A DNA stretch of 64,000 nucleotides from Candidatus Dadabacteria bacterium (lineage in GTDB: Bacteria; Desulfobacterota_D; UBA1144; Nemesobacterales; CSP1-2): positions 256,001 to 320,000 of the forward strand of contig CAWDVW010000005.1 of NCBI GenBank assembly GCA_963805855.1, in the 5' to 3' direction. The translations under genes and the position numbers were made by a program. The notes below the pieces were generated by a model that saw only the letters and a program-made list of their open reading frames with translations, searched no databases and was not told the origin of the DNA. Positions 12,314-23,228 of this stretch are shown piece after piece; position 1 is the stretch's first letter; each line of letters starts with the position of its first letter.

Positions 12314-12721
12314 GCACGAATAAATATTCATGATGCAGGATGCACGATGCAGGATACAAAAAAGCCACCATCCCCATCCCCATCCTCACCTTCCCCTTCA
12401 AAGGGGAAGGGATTTTGCAAACCTATACAAACCTCTTTGAAGAAGATATAAGTTTTCCTCCTCCGAAACGAACCGATCGGCCAGAGCTCAGTCGAAGGCC
12501 GTCCTGAATCCGCGAAAGACGCTTTCATGATTTATGAAGCGATTGACCCTTCGATTCAACTCAGGACAGGGTCAGGGTGAACAGATTAATTTGTATTTTC
12601 TTTACCCACGACGGAACCCGCAGACCCTATCTGCTTATCAGTATCCAAAATGAAGGGGTGATGCAAATTCGAGAAACGGACGCTACATTGGATTTAATTT
12701 AACCGTTCGGTTTTCTCTACG

Positions 12722-14812
12722 CTATGGATTCTTGAGTTGTTTCTTTATGCCGAGTTTTTGCATTCGAGACCGGAGTGTACTTGGATTCATCTTCAAGATC
12801 GAAGCCGCACCCCTTTTCCCGTCGATCACCCAGTCGGTCTTCTCAAGAATATCAATTATATGAGATCTTTCCACATCCTCCAGGGATTGATCAATTGTCA
12901 ATTCAGATAAAACGTTTAAACCCAACAGAGATTCATCAATCTGAATCTCGGATCCGTGAGAAAGTACAACAGCGCGCTCAATCACGTTTTGTAATTCTCT
13001 TATGTTTCCGGGCCAGGGATAAGAAGTTATCCTGCCCATAGTGTCCTTGGAAATCGGTTTAAAATTTTTATTCATCTTTTTAGCAAACTTAGTGAGAAAG
13101 AAATTGGTCAATAGTGGAATATCAGATCTTCGTTCTCTCAGTGGCGGCACATCGATGGGAAAAACATTTAGCCTGTAGAAAAGATCAGAGCGGAACGACC
13201 CTTTCTTAACGGCGTCGGTAAGATTTCGATTTGTAGCAGCAATTACACGTACATCCGCGCTGATAGTCTTACTACTACCAACGCGCTCAAATTCACCTTC
13301 CTGAAGTACACGCAGTAGCTTGACTTGAGTGTCAAGGGGCAGTTCGCTAACCTCATCCAAAAATATTGTGCCTCCGTCAGCAAGCTCAAACCGTCCAACT
13401 CTCTGTTGCAAAGCTCCTGTGAAAGCCCCTTTCTCATGTCCAAACAGTTCACTTTCAACTAGACCTGCAGATATTGCCCCGCAATTTACCTTTACAAGCG
13501 GCCGACCTTTACGATTGCTAAGGTTATGAATAGCTCTAGCGATAAGCTCTTTACCAGTTCCGGTCTCTCCGTATATCAACACGGTAGATTCAGATGTTGC
13601 GACTTTCTCCACACTCCGGAGCGTTTCTTTGAGTGATTCGCTCTGGCCGACGATCTCCTCGAAATTGTATTCAGTTTTGATTTCTTCCTGAAGATACACA
13701 TTTTCATCCTCAAGACGGTTTTTGAGTTGCTCAACTTCTAATAGAGCCTCCTGTAGAGCCTGCTCAGCATTCTTTCGCTCGGTTATGTCCTCTACCATCG
13801 CAAACGTATACATGAAATTCCCGTCGTCGTCGCGGATAGATGAACAGATTGTATTTGCCCAAATGAGCCGACCATCCTTTCTAACATAACGTTTCTCGAC
13901 TCGGAAATCGCCGATTTCCCCCTCCACGAGCTCAGTGAACAGTCTTTTACTCTCGTCAAGGTCTTCTGTGAAGGTTATTTCCTTAAAACTCATGCCCTTG
14001 AGCTCCTCCTCGCTGTATCCGAGCATATCCTGAAAAGAATTGTTGATAAGTCGGAATCTCCCGATGGCGTCGTTGATCGAAACTCCGATAGGGGCCGATT
14101 CAAAAAGAGCCCTAAAGCGCTCTTCACTTTTTCTTAGATTATGCGCGGCCTTCTCGCGCTCCATTTCAGCTCCGGCACGCGCTGCAAAAATCTGAAGAAC
14201 CGACAGTCCGTGCGGCTTGTCGGCCATCGGTCCCCGATCTAGGATAGCAATGTGTCCAAGTATGTTCTGGTATGAATCGCGAATAGGAATACCCAGAAAA
14301 CTCTCCGCTCCCCATTCCACCAGGCCAATATCCTTGGGGAATAGCGTCTGAAGAGAATTAGGATACAAGCATACATTTCCATTGATGACATTTTCACACG
14401 GGGTCCCAGCCAGTGTATACTCAAAGTTCTCTCCGAAGTCTTTCCCCATCCAAAATGCTAGGGTTCGAACCCTGGTAGAGGCTTCATCTGTACACTGTGT
14501 AATGAACGCATAGCTAACATTAAGTGCAGAAGCAAGATGATGCACGAGTGAGCGAAAAAAATCTGAACCGGTAACCGCAGCCGTTCCCTCCGCAAGATGC
14601 TGGAGCAATTCCAGAGACTTAATGTCTTGCTGCGGGAGCGTATCTGCGTCTTTCCGCCCGTCAGTCATTTTTTCTAATTCCTTCGAGCTTTCAGAAAACG
14701 AATTTACATCAGGATCGACCGATTGCTCACAATTTCGCCCCTGATGTTGCACTGCTCCTCGTCGATTATTCTTTTTAATCCTAATATTAGTAGGACCACG
14801 CTCGTAAGCCAT
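12722..14812 (-). CDS. Sigma54-dependent enhancer-binding protein, FhlA-like (GAF-PAS-AAA+-HTH); true start may be about 14668
   Basis: GETGTGKE Walker A, ESELFGHEKGAFTGA, FLDE, WPGNIRELQN, Fis-type HTH; GAF and PAS domains at the N-terminus. Confidence 0.95.
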   Translation of the reverse strand: MAYERGPTNIRIKKNNRRGAVQHQGRNCEQSVDPDVNSFSESSKELEKMTDGRKDADTLPQQDIKSLELLQHLAEGTAAVTGSDFFRSLVHHLASALNVSYAFITQCTDEASTRVRTLAFWMGKDFGENFEYTLAGTPCENVINGNVCLYPNSLQTLFPKDIGLVEWGAESFLGIPIRDSYQNILGHIAILDRGPMADKPHGLSVLQIFAARAGAEMEREKAAHNLRKSEERFRALFESAPIGVSINDAIGRFRLINNSFQDMLGYSEEELKGMSFKEITFTEDLDESKRLFTELVEGEIGDFRVEKRYVRKDGRLIWANTICSSIRDDDGNFMYTFAMVEDITERKNAEQALQEALLEVEQLKNRLEDENVYLQEEIKTEYNFEEIVGQSESLKETLRSVEKVATSESTVLIYGETGTGKELIARAIHNLSNRKGRPLVKVNCGAISAGLVESELFGHEKGAFTGALQQRVGRFELADGGTIFLDEVSELPLDTQVKLLRVLQEGEFERVGSSKTISADVRVIAATNRNLTDAVKKGSFRSDLFYRLNVFPIDVPPLRERRSDIPLLTNFFLTKFAKKMNKNFKPISKDTMGRITSYPWPGNIRELQNVIERAVVLSHGSEIQIDESLLGLNVLSELTIDQSLEDVERSHIIDILEKTDWVIDGKRGAASILKMNPSTLRSRMQKLGIKKQLKNP

Positions 14813-14926
14813 AAAGAACTTCTAAAATATTCCGACAATGCCTTCCTAAAGCGTATATTATAGTGCTCCTATCGCCCTCAATCAATAGGGTGCGCCAGTA
14901 TTAGCCGCTTTCAGCCCGGACCACGT

Positions 14927-14969
14927 GATATTTCGTACCGCTCTCGACATTTCGTGACAAATATTTCGT
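14927..14969 (+). promoter_or_regulatory. Putative upstream activator sequences for the FhlA-like activator
   Basis: Three ATTTCGT repeats (14930, 14949, 14963), about 90-130 bp upstream of the -24 box; they resemble FhlA UAS half-sites. Confidence 0.5.
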
Positions 14970-15055
14970 CTATCGAAAACCAATCAATCCGGACCCATAG
15001 ATAAAACACAACAAATTGAATAACTTACGAATATGTACCAAAGCCTTAACCTTTT

Positions 15056-15070
15056 TGGCACAGCGCTTGC
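15056..15070 (+). promoter_or_regulatory. Sigma54 (-24/-12) promoter
   Basis: TGGCAC-AGCGC-TTGC, consensus sequence and spacing, divergent from the activator gene. Confidence 0.88.
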
Positions 15071-15138
15071 GAACCATATTACACTGAACGCGGATAAGAT
15101 TGGATTAAAAAAGCAGATTTAGAAAGGGACTCAAACTA

Positions 15139-15441
15139 ATGTTTAAAATCACTAAGACCAAAGAGCATGACAACACAATAAACCTGAGAATGGATGGCAA
15201 GCTAGTTGAAGAATGGCTCTCAGAATTTGAAACGCTATATCTTAAAATCAGAAGTGAGGACTATAAGAGAATTATAATAGACCTCTCGGGTGTCAGTTTT
15301 ATTGCTGATAACGGGATTGATTTCATACAAAAAATAAAGGATGTGAGGATAGACATAATCAACTGTTCTCCTTTTATCGAATCGCTACTGGGCGACTTGG
15401 TAAACAGGGATAGGATCGAGAAACAGAAATTAAAGGGTTAA
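15139..15441 (+). CDS. STAS-like domain protein
   Basis: LRMDGKL and IIDLSGVSFIADNG pattern; 100 aa. Confidence 0.75.
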   Translation: MFKITKTKEHDNTINLRMDGKLVEEWLSEFETLYLKIRSEDYKRIIIDLSGVSFIADNGIDFIQKIKDVRIDIINCSPFIESLLGDLVNRDRIEKQKLKG

Positions 15442-15451
15442 GGAGATTGAA

Positions 15452-16111
15452 ATGGATACAATTAACATTGTCGATCAGCCAACATCTTTAGGAAAGAATT
15501 CCAGGCCGTTCTTGGATCAAAAGGCGTACTTTGAAAATGAAGAAACTGTACTCATAGAGCAGCTTAAGAACGGTGATCACGGAGCATTCGAGGCGATATT
15601 CGGTCTCTATGCAAACAAGGTTTACAACCAGGCTCTCAGGCGGTTAGGGAATAGTTCTGATGCCGAGGACGTGGTTCAGGAAGTGTTCCTGCTTGTATAT
15701 AGAAAGTCGAAGAGTTTCCAAGGTAAATCAAAGTTTTCTACTTGGCTCTACCGACTCACGATGAATGCGGCGATCACAAAGCTCCGCCAGAGCAAAGACG
15801 AGTGCGTTTCAATCGATGACTTCCTACCAAAGTTCAGCGACGATGGTCATCACTCAGCAAGACCTGTGGTCGATTGGTCTCAAGAGGTTGATAAGTTGGC
15901 GAGCAATCTGGAGTTATCCCGTGTAATAAGTCAGGCAATAGATCAGCTCCAGCCTTTAGATAAGGCAGTGCTAGTTTTGAGCGATTTAGAAGAAATATCT
16001 AACCGCGAGATTAGTGAAATACTCGGACTGAGCATTTTAGCGGTGAAAGCTCGACTCCATCGTGCGCGGCTATTTTTACGGGGAAAGCTAGCGGCCCATC
16101 TAGGATACTGA
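15452..16111 (+). CDS. ECF RNA polymerase sigma-70 factor
   Basis: Region 2 DAEDVVQEVFL and FSTWLYR; region 4 EISEILGLS..AVKARLHRAR. Confidence 0.95.
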   Translation: MDTINIVDQPTSLGKNSRPFLDQKAYFENEETVLIEQLKNGDHGAFEAIFGLYANKVYNQALRRLGNSSDAEDVVQEVFLLVYRKSKSFQGKSKFSTWLYRLTMNAAITKLRQSKDECVSIDDFLPKFSDDGHHSARPVVDWSQEVDKLASNLELSRVISQAIDQLQPLDKAVLVLSDLEEISNREISEILGLSILAVKARLHRARLFLRGKLAAHLGY

Positions 16112-16242
16112 AGTTCTCAAGCAATCTCAAAGTTTAGCTCGCGAATTTCCTGTCGATTCTGCGGCGTTATTCATTAACGTGAAAAAGTTAGCATCTTACT
16201 TCAAACCACGAGCGTCTAATAAAATGCTAATCAATAGTACGC

Positions 16243-16491
16243 ATGATTTGGTCTTTAATGAGAAGAAAAAAAGTAAATAGGACTGAACAAAGACAATTCA
16301 AGTTTGATTGTAAAAAGGTTACATCTTTGATACAAGATTATATAACAGGCGAACTGGAACCCGATATTGCATCGGAATTAGAGAAACACTTAAGCATTTG
16401 TCCTGACTGCGTCGCTTTTCTGAATACTTACAAAAAAACGATCGGCCTGGTCAATTCCTTTTACAACAAAAGATCTCAGAAACTGAAATAG
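16243..16491 (+). CDS. Soluble zinc-binding anti-sigma factor (zf-HC2/ZAS)
   Basis: C..V...I.DYI.GEL and HLSICPDC (HxxxCxxC), downstream of the ECF sigma. Confidence 0.85.
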   Translation: MIWSLMRRKKVNRTEQRQFKFDCKKVTSLIQDYITGELEPDIASELEKHLSICPDCVAFLNTYKKTIGLVNSFYNKRSQKLK

Positions 16492-16575
16492 AGATTAAAG
16501 AAGTCCCTGAGAGCGAAAATTAATGAAGAAGAAGCCTAAGAGGTTGTTTTACAGTATCCCCGACCCCCTTGTAGT

Positions 16576-17286
16576 TCATTTTTTTGTAACCCAACTCGCA
16601 TTGGGAAGCTGTATCGCCCAACCGGGCTTAGCCCCACTTCTTCGAACCGCGGCAAATTGCTCTGCCGCCTCCGGAGCGACACGCTGGACATTCTCAGGCG
16701 TAGCCTGGAGGCCATTTATCTCAACAATCGCCTCGGCCATCCCATCGATGATTTTCATCCTATCCTTATTTTCTGCATTAAATGCACTTCTTTCCTGACT
16801 GGTAAGATCACCCAACATCACGAGTAATCCCTTATTACCCTCGCCGACTTTACGTCCTGACAGCATTTTACTTATCTCATTAAGTCTAGCTCCCCTGCTC
16901 TGAAATGCCCTGACCACCCCGGGCATATTGCGAATCTTGTTTGTTATCTCTCTTGCGATGTCGTCCTGAGCCCAGGCGAATTTCGACAGATCTAATGAAA
17001 AATTACGCTCAAGCCTTATAAACCTCCGGTACGTCAGTAAGGGCTTCTCCGAATATTTCCTGAGGCTTTGTGGTTCCGGTACTGATTCTTTCTTCACAGG
17101 CGGTTGTCCACTTACGGGACCCTCTCCTTCCTGCGGTTTTAATAGTTCTTCCTCCAGATCGATGTATGCTTCTCGAACCTCCTCCGCCGGGAAATAAACA
17201 TTAACATTTATAGTAGCACAAGCTTGTATGAATATCGGAACTGATATAAAACAAATTAGTAGACCCATTATTTTGTATCTATCCAT
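16576..17286 (-). CDS. YdbL/DUF1318-family lipoprotein
   Basis: Lipobox-like IQAC-ATINVNVYFPAEE; VGEGNKGLL, AENKDR and GWAIQLPNASW motifs. Confidence 0.7.
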   Translation of the reverse strand: MDRYKIMGLLICFISVPIFIQACATINVNVYFPAEEVREAYIDLEEELLKPQEGEGPVSGQPPVKKESVPEPQSLRKYSEKPLLTYRRFIRLERNFSLDLSKFAWAQDDIAREITNKIRNMPGVVRAFQSRGARLNEISKMLSGRKVGEGNKGLLVMLGDLTSQERSAFNAENKDRMKIIDGMAEAIVEINGLQATPENVQRVAPEAAEQFAAVRRSGAKPGWAIQLPNASWVTKK

Positions 17287-17298
17287 AAGACTTTCTCC

Positions 17299-20200
17299 TT
17301 AATTCCTCTTATTTTCGAGATCAATCTGAAGGTGTCCCTCACCGGCTCTCTTGGAAATTTCTCTAATTACAGAAAGCAAATGTGCCAAAGATATTGTATT
17401 TCGTCGTGGATCAACTTGGATAGATAAATTCCTGTATCCAAGTACGCTGTTTGATATGTTAAACTCACTAAAGGTCAATACTCCGTCCTTAATATAACCT
17501 GAGATTTCTCCACTATCATATCTCCTGGAAGAACCAACGAAGAACCTGCTCTTTGCTCCCAGTTTCTCTAAAAAAGCCTTTCCCAATCTCCTCGACTCCT
17601 TTTTTGATTTTATAGACCAGAATTCAAAAAGTCCATCTATCGTCTCTAATTCTTCTCCATTGCCATTAAGCCAAACGAGTCCATTTATCCGTCCCGTAAT
17701 ATAATCTTTGATTGAATTTACCCTATTTGAAATATCTTCAAGGCTTATGTCCTTAAACAAGACTGAAAGATCGTATCGATCTTTTTTGACACCATAGTCA
17801 AAGGAACCGGCGACATAAATTCTTCCATCGAATAGATCTGAAGCACACTGATTCAGATTGAGTTTTAATCCCGTGATGTTAAACAAGCATTTTATGTCAT
17901 CAAGACTCAAAAATCCATATTTTATTCCATCTATCGTCAAGAAATCGTTTTTACCGTAATTATCAGTATCATTCAACAGAGATAAAAACCTTTTAAATAC
18001 CTCCTTATCCAACTCACGATGCTCCCGCAATAATGAAGCCAAGATATTTCGAGACTCGCTGTATTCGTCAAACGTAAGCACGCCGTTTATACCGCTAACA
18101 GAGGTCGGGACCCCCGCGATAACGCCGGAAAAGGAGGTGTTGGCAATAGACATTTTGCCGCTCCATGATAGATCCTTTTGCAGCACATGATCAAACACCA
18201 TATCCAACATTACGTCGCCCCTTAACTCACTCTCCTTAACCGATTCAGGCAGAAACGGGCTCAAAATACTCATTACTACCGGCAGTGGTATCCTGTTTGA
18301 ATTAATCTCTAACACCCTTTGTTCGTTCAATGAATTCTCCATTCGACCGGTAAATTCAATCTTTTGTCCATCTCCATTCTCTATAAAACCAGTTTTTAAT
18401 AGCAAAGTTTCACCAATCATTTGAAATTTCAAACTACTACCGATGTTGGAGGCCTTTCCATTATCCCTTATTCTCAAATTCTCAATTCTCAGTTCGCCCC
18501 GTCCTTGGGGTATTAAACCCTGATCAAGGGTTCCAGTAAAGTCGAGTACCATTCTTTCGAGAAAAAAAACATTGGACTCGTAAGGAATATTAGCGTCTTT
18601 TATTATGACGGATGAAGAAATGGATGAAAGAGGTTTAGTTGTATTTAATAACAAGCTACCCCCTAGCCTCCCCCCGAAAAGGCTACCCTCAAGATCATGT
18701 ACCCTAATACCATCTGATGAAGAATCTAATTTCACTGACATTTCCTTAATAGTTTGAGATTTGAGGTTAACTTCATCAGCAAAGATTTCTCCCCCCCAAC
18801 CGTTCTTTTTATTCGCACCATTGTAAAATATAAATTCTCCCCCCATTCCTATCGATTCAACCCCATATTTAGGCCCAGAAAAGCTCCCTTGGGAAAACCG
18901 AATTTTACCGGAAAATCTATCTCCCTTGCCGCCAAATATTATCGTGGTTTCATTTGCCTTGAGCTCTCCCAAACCTTCCAAACTCGCTTCTAGATTGATG
19001 AGTTTAAGCTCATCATGTTCAAATCCATAATCGGAGGTAACAGAAGGAAATTTGAAATCACCATATCTTCCATCTTTTAAACTAACCCTTCCCTTGAATC
19101 CAAATCCCCCATTTTCATCAGAGGCTAAATTAGCCTGGACACTGTCAAGGTACATGCTGTCATCCATGTTCCTAATTTTTGACCCATAAGCGGTTAGTTC
19201 TATAGATAAATTCTGATTGGTTTGGTACAGGACTGATATGTCATCAATGCTTCCCCTCTCAATCTTAAAGCCCTTATATGAAGCATCGTTAAAGGCCACA
19301 CCCCTACTCATGAGAGAGATCTTGTCCCGCCCTAACTGGGTTTCACTCTCACTTAATGACTTATCTAATGTATTGTTGAAACGCATATTGATCGGATCTC
19401 TGGTCTTTAAATTCGAAATCTCTAGCTTATCCCCTAAACCTGTCTCTAATTTTAGATCGTTAAGAGAAAATGAAAGTTCCGAACTATTCCATGTGCCATT
19501 GGTTTTAAAATCCAATTCCCCATTTAAACCTTCCAATAAACCGATTTTCGTCCAAACGTTCATTGAATTTAACTTTCCCTGGATAGATAGGCCGCTTGAT
19601 ACCCTGCGGGAAACAATTTTTTTAAAACCCAGGGCGCCTCCCAGTTGATTTACCCGTATATCTCTTTCCTTATCGTCAAAATCGACTCCGCTGAGAACAG
19701 CTTTACCGCTAAAGGTAACATCGTCCTTTTCCAAGGAACCAGTAAGTTTCAGATCTTGTGCCTCGACTTTCCCTGATGCAATAACATGTGAAAATCCACG
19801 AAATAATGTAATTACGTCCTCAAGCCGAGCGGTAGATGCAGAACCATTAATATTAAAAACTCCCCCTGTTGTTATCCTATCAACGCTCCCATCAAATCTG
19901 GCAAGAAGTAATTTCCCTACTTCAAAATCAAACGAGTTTATCAACAGTCTGTCAGCTATTTTGTCGTAGGTAACGTCATATAGGAGTTCGCTCGATAAAA
20001 GTGACCGGGTATTTGCGGATTCTTTACCATTTGCCAGTTGAATCCTCCCACTTGAACCTATTGTCTCAGCTATCCGGAAATTTAAGTCTGCATCTAGCGA
20101 AAGATTCTGCTGATCCTCCAGCACCTTGGATAATAAGCCCAGATTAAAATCAGATATATTGACATTTAATTTGCCATTTGTTTCATTCGAAGAAGCTTTT

Positions 20201-20823
20201 ATCAACCCATTGATACCGATTTCGTTATCCAAGAATATTACAGTGCCCTTTAAATCTATATTTCTCTGATCTCGTAATTCGTAATCTCTCAGTCTGGAAT
20301 CTAATTTACTTATATAAAGCTTTACCCCCTCTGAAACTTCAATTTCGGCCATATTTAACAATATTCTGTGTATAGCAATTGGAATAACCATCTCCTCTTC
20401 TTCACCTAACCTTTTTTGTCGGATTTCAGCGCTGAGCTTCTTAAGTTTGTCGAGCCCCACTTTGGGTAATGATAGATCTGCGTCATTAATCACTATTTCT
20501 TCGATTACCAGTTTACGCTCGATTAGTGATGATGTTACATCTGGTTTAATTATTAATTCACCAATCCTGATTGGATAAGCATTAAGATCCCTTGAGTCAA
20601 AAATCTCTATTTCCTCGAATTCGAGACCGGCTAAAAAACCAAATGCAATGTCACTGATTCTGACTTCATACCCCTTCTCTTTGGAAATATCTATGACCAA
20701 ACGTTGAACCTTTTTGGCTAGGTAGATCTTTGAAAATAAAAAGACGGAGATGAGCAAAAGTGAAAAGACAATCGCAATTGAAGCTAGTACATATTTTAAG
20801 ATACCTTTCCGGAGAGCCGGCAT
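17299..20823 (-). CDS. Large AsmA-like/YdbH-type intermembrane lipid bridge protein
   Basis: 1174 aa, N-terminal TM, beta-rich repeats (LFGGRLGG, LFDGRI), adjacent to a YdbL-like gene. Confidence 0.65.
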   Translation of the reverse strand: MPALRKGILKYVLASIAIVFSLLLISVFLFSKIYLAKKVQRLVIDISKEKGYEVRISDIAFGFLAGLEFEEIEIFDSRDLNAYPIRIGELIIKPDVTSSLIERKLVIEEIVINDADLSLPKVGLDKLKKLSAEIRQKRLGEEEEMVIPIAIHRILLNMAEIEVSEGVKLYISKLDSRLRDYELRDQRNIDLKGTVIFLDNEIGINGLIKASSNETNGKLNVNISDFNLGLLSKVLEDQQNLSLDADLNFRIAETIGSSGRIQLANGKESANTRSLLSSELLYDVTYDKIADRLLINSFDFEVGKLLLARFDGSVDRITTGGVFNINGSASTARLEDVITLFRGFSHVIASGKVEAQDLKLTGSLEKDDVTFSGKAVLSGVDFDDKERDIRVNQLGGALGFKKIVSRRVSSGLSIQGKLNSMNVWTKIGLLEGLNGELDFKTNGTWNSSELSFSLNDLKLETGLGDKLEISNLKTRDPINMRFNNTLDKSLSESETQLGRDKISLMSRGVAFNDASYKGFKIERGSIDDISVLYQTNQNLSIELTAYGSKIRNMDDSMYLDSVQANLASDENGGFGFKGRVSLKDGRYGDFKFPSVTSDYGFEHDELKLINLEASLEGLGELKANETTIIFGGKGDRFSGKIRFSQGSFSGPKYGVESIGMGGEFIFYNGANKKNGWGGEIFADEVNLKSQTIKEMSVKLDSSSDGIRVHDLEGSLFGGRLGGSLLLNTTKPLSSISSSVIIKDANIPYESNVFFLERMVLDFTGTLDQGLIPQGRGELRIENLRIRDNGKASNIGSSLKFQMIGETLLLKTGFIENGDGQKIEFTGRMENSLNEQRVLEINSNRIPLPVVMSILSPFLPESVKESELRGDVMLDMVFDHVLQKDLSWSGKMSIANTSFSGVIAGVPTSVSGINGVLTFDEYSESRNILASLLREHRELDKEVFKRFLSLLNDTDNYGKNDFLTIDGIKYGFLSLDDIKCLFNITGLKLNLNQCASDLFDGRIYVAGSFDYGVKKDRYDLSVLFKDISLEDISNRVNSIKDYITGRINGLVWLNGNGEELETIDGLFEFWSIKSKKESRRLGKAFLEKLGAKSRFFVGSSRRYDSGEISGYIKDGVLTFSEFNISNSVLGYRNLSIQVDPRRNTISLAHLLSVIREISKRAGEGHLQIDLENKRN

Positions 20824-20952
20824 ACTTCGGATATTATATTAGTAATAGCTTGAATTAAAAGGAGGCTTAAAAAAATCAGAAAACGAAACTAAGAGGCGTT
20901 CGGTTCATAACTGGTTGAGAACAAATGATATTAATTAAGCTTAATAATTCAC

Positions 20953-21777
20953 CTATCTCCAAGATACATATCCTTTGTCTTTAATATGGTCGTAATAGGC
21001 TAAAACCTTTTCAACATATGCCTCAGTTTCAGGATACGGCGGAATGTCGTATCCATATCTTATTACTGCGTCCTTCCCGGCATTGTAAGCAGAAAGCGCA
21101 AGCTCCAAGTCTCCCTCGAAATATTCGATTAAGTCTCTCAGATGCCTGACTCCTCCATCGATGTTGTCTTCCGGATCAAAAGGGTCATCTACCCCGTATA
21201 TACTTGCAGTCTCAGGAATGAGCTGCATCATGCCCATCGCCTTTTTTGGCGAAACAGCTTGCGGATTGAAATTCGACTCTACCTTTATGACTGCTTTAAC
21301 TAGGTAAGGATCCACGCCATATCTTTTACTTGCACTCAATATTGCATTTTCAAACTCAGACTGAAAATTATCATAGTTAATACCTTCTCTAAGTTTTATA
21401 ACATGTCCATGCATTTCATCGATTATATCAAACCTTGCAAGTGGCGACGGAATCTTGATAGTTCTCTCGGATGGAATGTTATCGCATTCAAGCGTTTCAT
21501 ATCTCAAATTACCCTTGAGAATTACCATACAGCTTGATACCCCCGTGATAGTTGCATACTCGCCATTAGCCAGAGGAATCGCGTCACCCTGAGAATAAGT
21601 CTTGAGCTTGCCAGTAAAATGGTTTTTAATTATCGCCCTTGAAGTCGAGCCTCCGTTACCAATAGTGCCAAGAAGAATTAATTGATCTTGTTCAGAACAC
21701 TGTGAATAGATCGGATAGAGAAGGAAGGCACATAAGACTATGACAGAAGCTACACGAGAACTTCTCATTTGCGACAT
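20953..21777 (-). CDS. Lytic transglycosylase (SLT domain)
   Basis: AVIKVESNFNP, AMGMMQLIPETA, ALSAYNAG and YPETEAYV motifs. Confidence 0.92.
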   Translation of the reverse strand: MSQMRSSRVASVIVLCAFLLYPIYSQCSEQDQLILLGTIGNGGSTSRAIIKNHFTGKLKTYSQGDAIPLANGEYATITGVSSCMVILKGNLRYETLECDNIPSERTIKIPSPLARFDIIDEMHGHVIKLREGINYDNFQSEFENAILSASKRYGVDPYLVKAVIKVESNFNPQAVSPKKAMGMMQLIPETASIYGVDDPFDPEDNIDGGVRHLRDLIEYFEGDLELALSAYNAGKDAVIRYGYDIPPYPETEAYVEKVLAYYDHIKDKGYVSWR

Positions 21778-21848
21778 ATACTATCAAAGATAAACAACAA
21801 ATACAATACAAAACTTCTATGAACGAAAATTAGACGCCATTAGCCCAG

Positions 21849-22445
21849 CTATTGAGTTTCGAACCAGATCGCCACCCATCCGCTTTCACGATAGTCGTTA
21901 TTTACCCTGAAGCCTGCTTTTGTATAAGCAGTTACGAGTGCTTCCTCCTTCACCTCATAGATTCCAGACACAAGGAGAATGCCATCCTCCGTTAACATGG
22001 ACTTGAACCAATCTACCAAAGCTAAAAGATCATCCGTAACAATATTGGCTATAATTAATTCGAATCTCCCTCGAACATCCTCTTTGGATCCATACTGTAC
22101 GCGACCTATAGAATTTAGTTTGTTCTTCTCAAAATTCACCTCCGCCTCTTTTACGGCCGCCGGATCGATATCCACAGCCAAAACACCTTCGGCTCCGAGC
22201 GATGCAGCGCAGATCCCCAGTACTCCGCTTCCACAACCAAAATCCAAGACTGTTTTTACGATCCGTTTTTTGAATATCTCTTCAAGGCCCGTTATGCAGA
22301 GCCTGGTTGTTGGATGTTCGGCACCAAAGGAGCTTCCTGGAGAGATCTCTATAACTTTCTTTTCACCATCCGGGGTTTTCAACCCAATCCTCGATTCGGT
22401 CAATCGGAATTCAACATAGGGCTTATATGATCTCATCGATTGCAT
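21849..22445 (-). CDS. prmA: PrmA-like SAM-dependent methyltransferase (ribosomal protein L11 MTase family)
   Basis: ISPGSSFGAEHPTTRLC, VLDFGCGSGVL, IIANI and SGI motifs; short N-terminus. Confidence 0.7.
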   Translation of the reverse strand: MQSMRSYKPYVEFRLTESRIGLKTPDGEKKVIEISPGSSFGAEHPTTRLCITGLEEIFKKRIVKTVLDFGCGSGVLGICAASLGAEGVLAVDIDPAAVKEAEVNFEKNKLNSIGRVQYGSKEDVRGRFELIIANIVTDDLLALVDWFKSMLTEDGILLVSGIYEVKEEALVTAYTKAGFRVNNDYRESGWVAIWFETQ

Positions 22446-22849
22446 CTAAACATCTTTTTCTCGGAAGGTCAAGCCACTTATCAACGCGGTGGAAGATCTG
22501 GTCCTCCATAAATTGTAATCCAGGGCCTCTGACCGGTTCCATCCACATTTGTAGGGAACGCATATCCTTCGCCCAGACTCAGGACAGGCATGCGTTCCTA
22601 CTAGCATGTTGACGGTGCCTCTTTCGTTTAATTCTCACCTCCGAATGCCTCTCTCGTGAGTCGAATGCGGGTCCTGTTGTAACTGTCTCGTAAATCGAGG
22701 ACAAAATTCTAAAAATAATAAATTTCCTAGAAATTTGCTCATGCGTCATCCTCGAATGTTCCCCGCCAGCGACATGCGGGGACGAGGTTAATCGGGGATC
22801 CATAGTATAATTTTTTTTCTTTGTCTTGATACAAAGAAACAAAAATCAA

Positions 22850-23006
22850 GGGCTTACAAAAAACGCTTGCGTATCGAGCGAATGCGAGATATCTATTGCT
22901 ATAATTAATTAGTTCTCTCAGTCACTATGCTCCTTCGAGATTACAGTAATGATTGTCACTTTTCTTAACGCTTCCGGAATTGATTTTGGCAATTTTTTGA
23001 ATGCCC
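22850..23006 (-). repeat. MITE-like repeat family A, copy 1 (157-bp core; similarity to copy 3 extends over about 22708-23048)
   Basis: Reverse complement of 38726-38882 and 62947-63103; imperfect GGGC..CAAAAAA terminal inverted repeats. Confidence 0.85.
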
Positions 23007-23228
23007 ACTTAAGATCTAAGAAACTGTCCCCGAATTATGTAACATCTACAATTTGCGAGCACTTTGACTGGCCTGTACTGAGTGAAATCGAAGTACTCAG
23101 TGCTGGCTTTAGCGAAGCAATCTACTCCATTCCCCACTTTATTGGATCGCGCCATATCATCAACCGAGTTGAAATTGACCAAAATACTAGTATCATTTGG
23201 TCAATTCTGCATCAAAACAGGAAGGATT

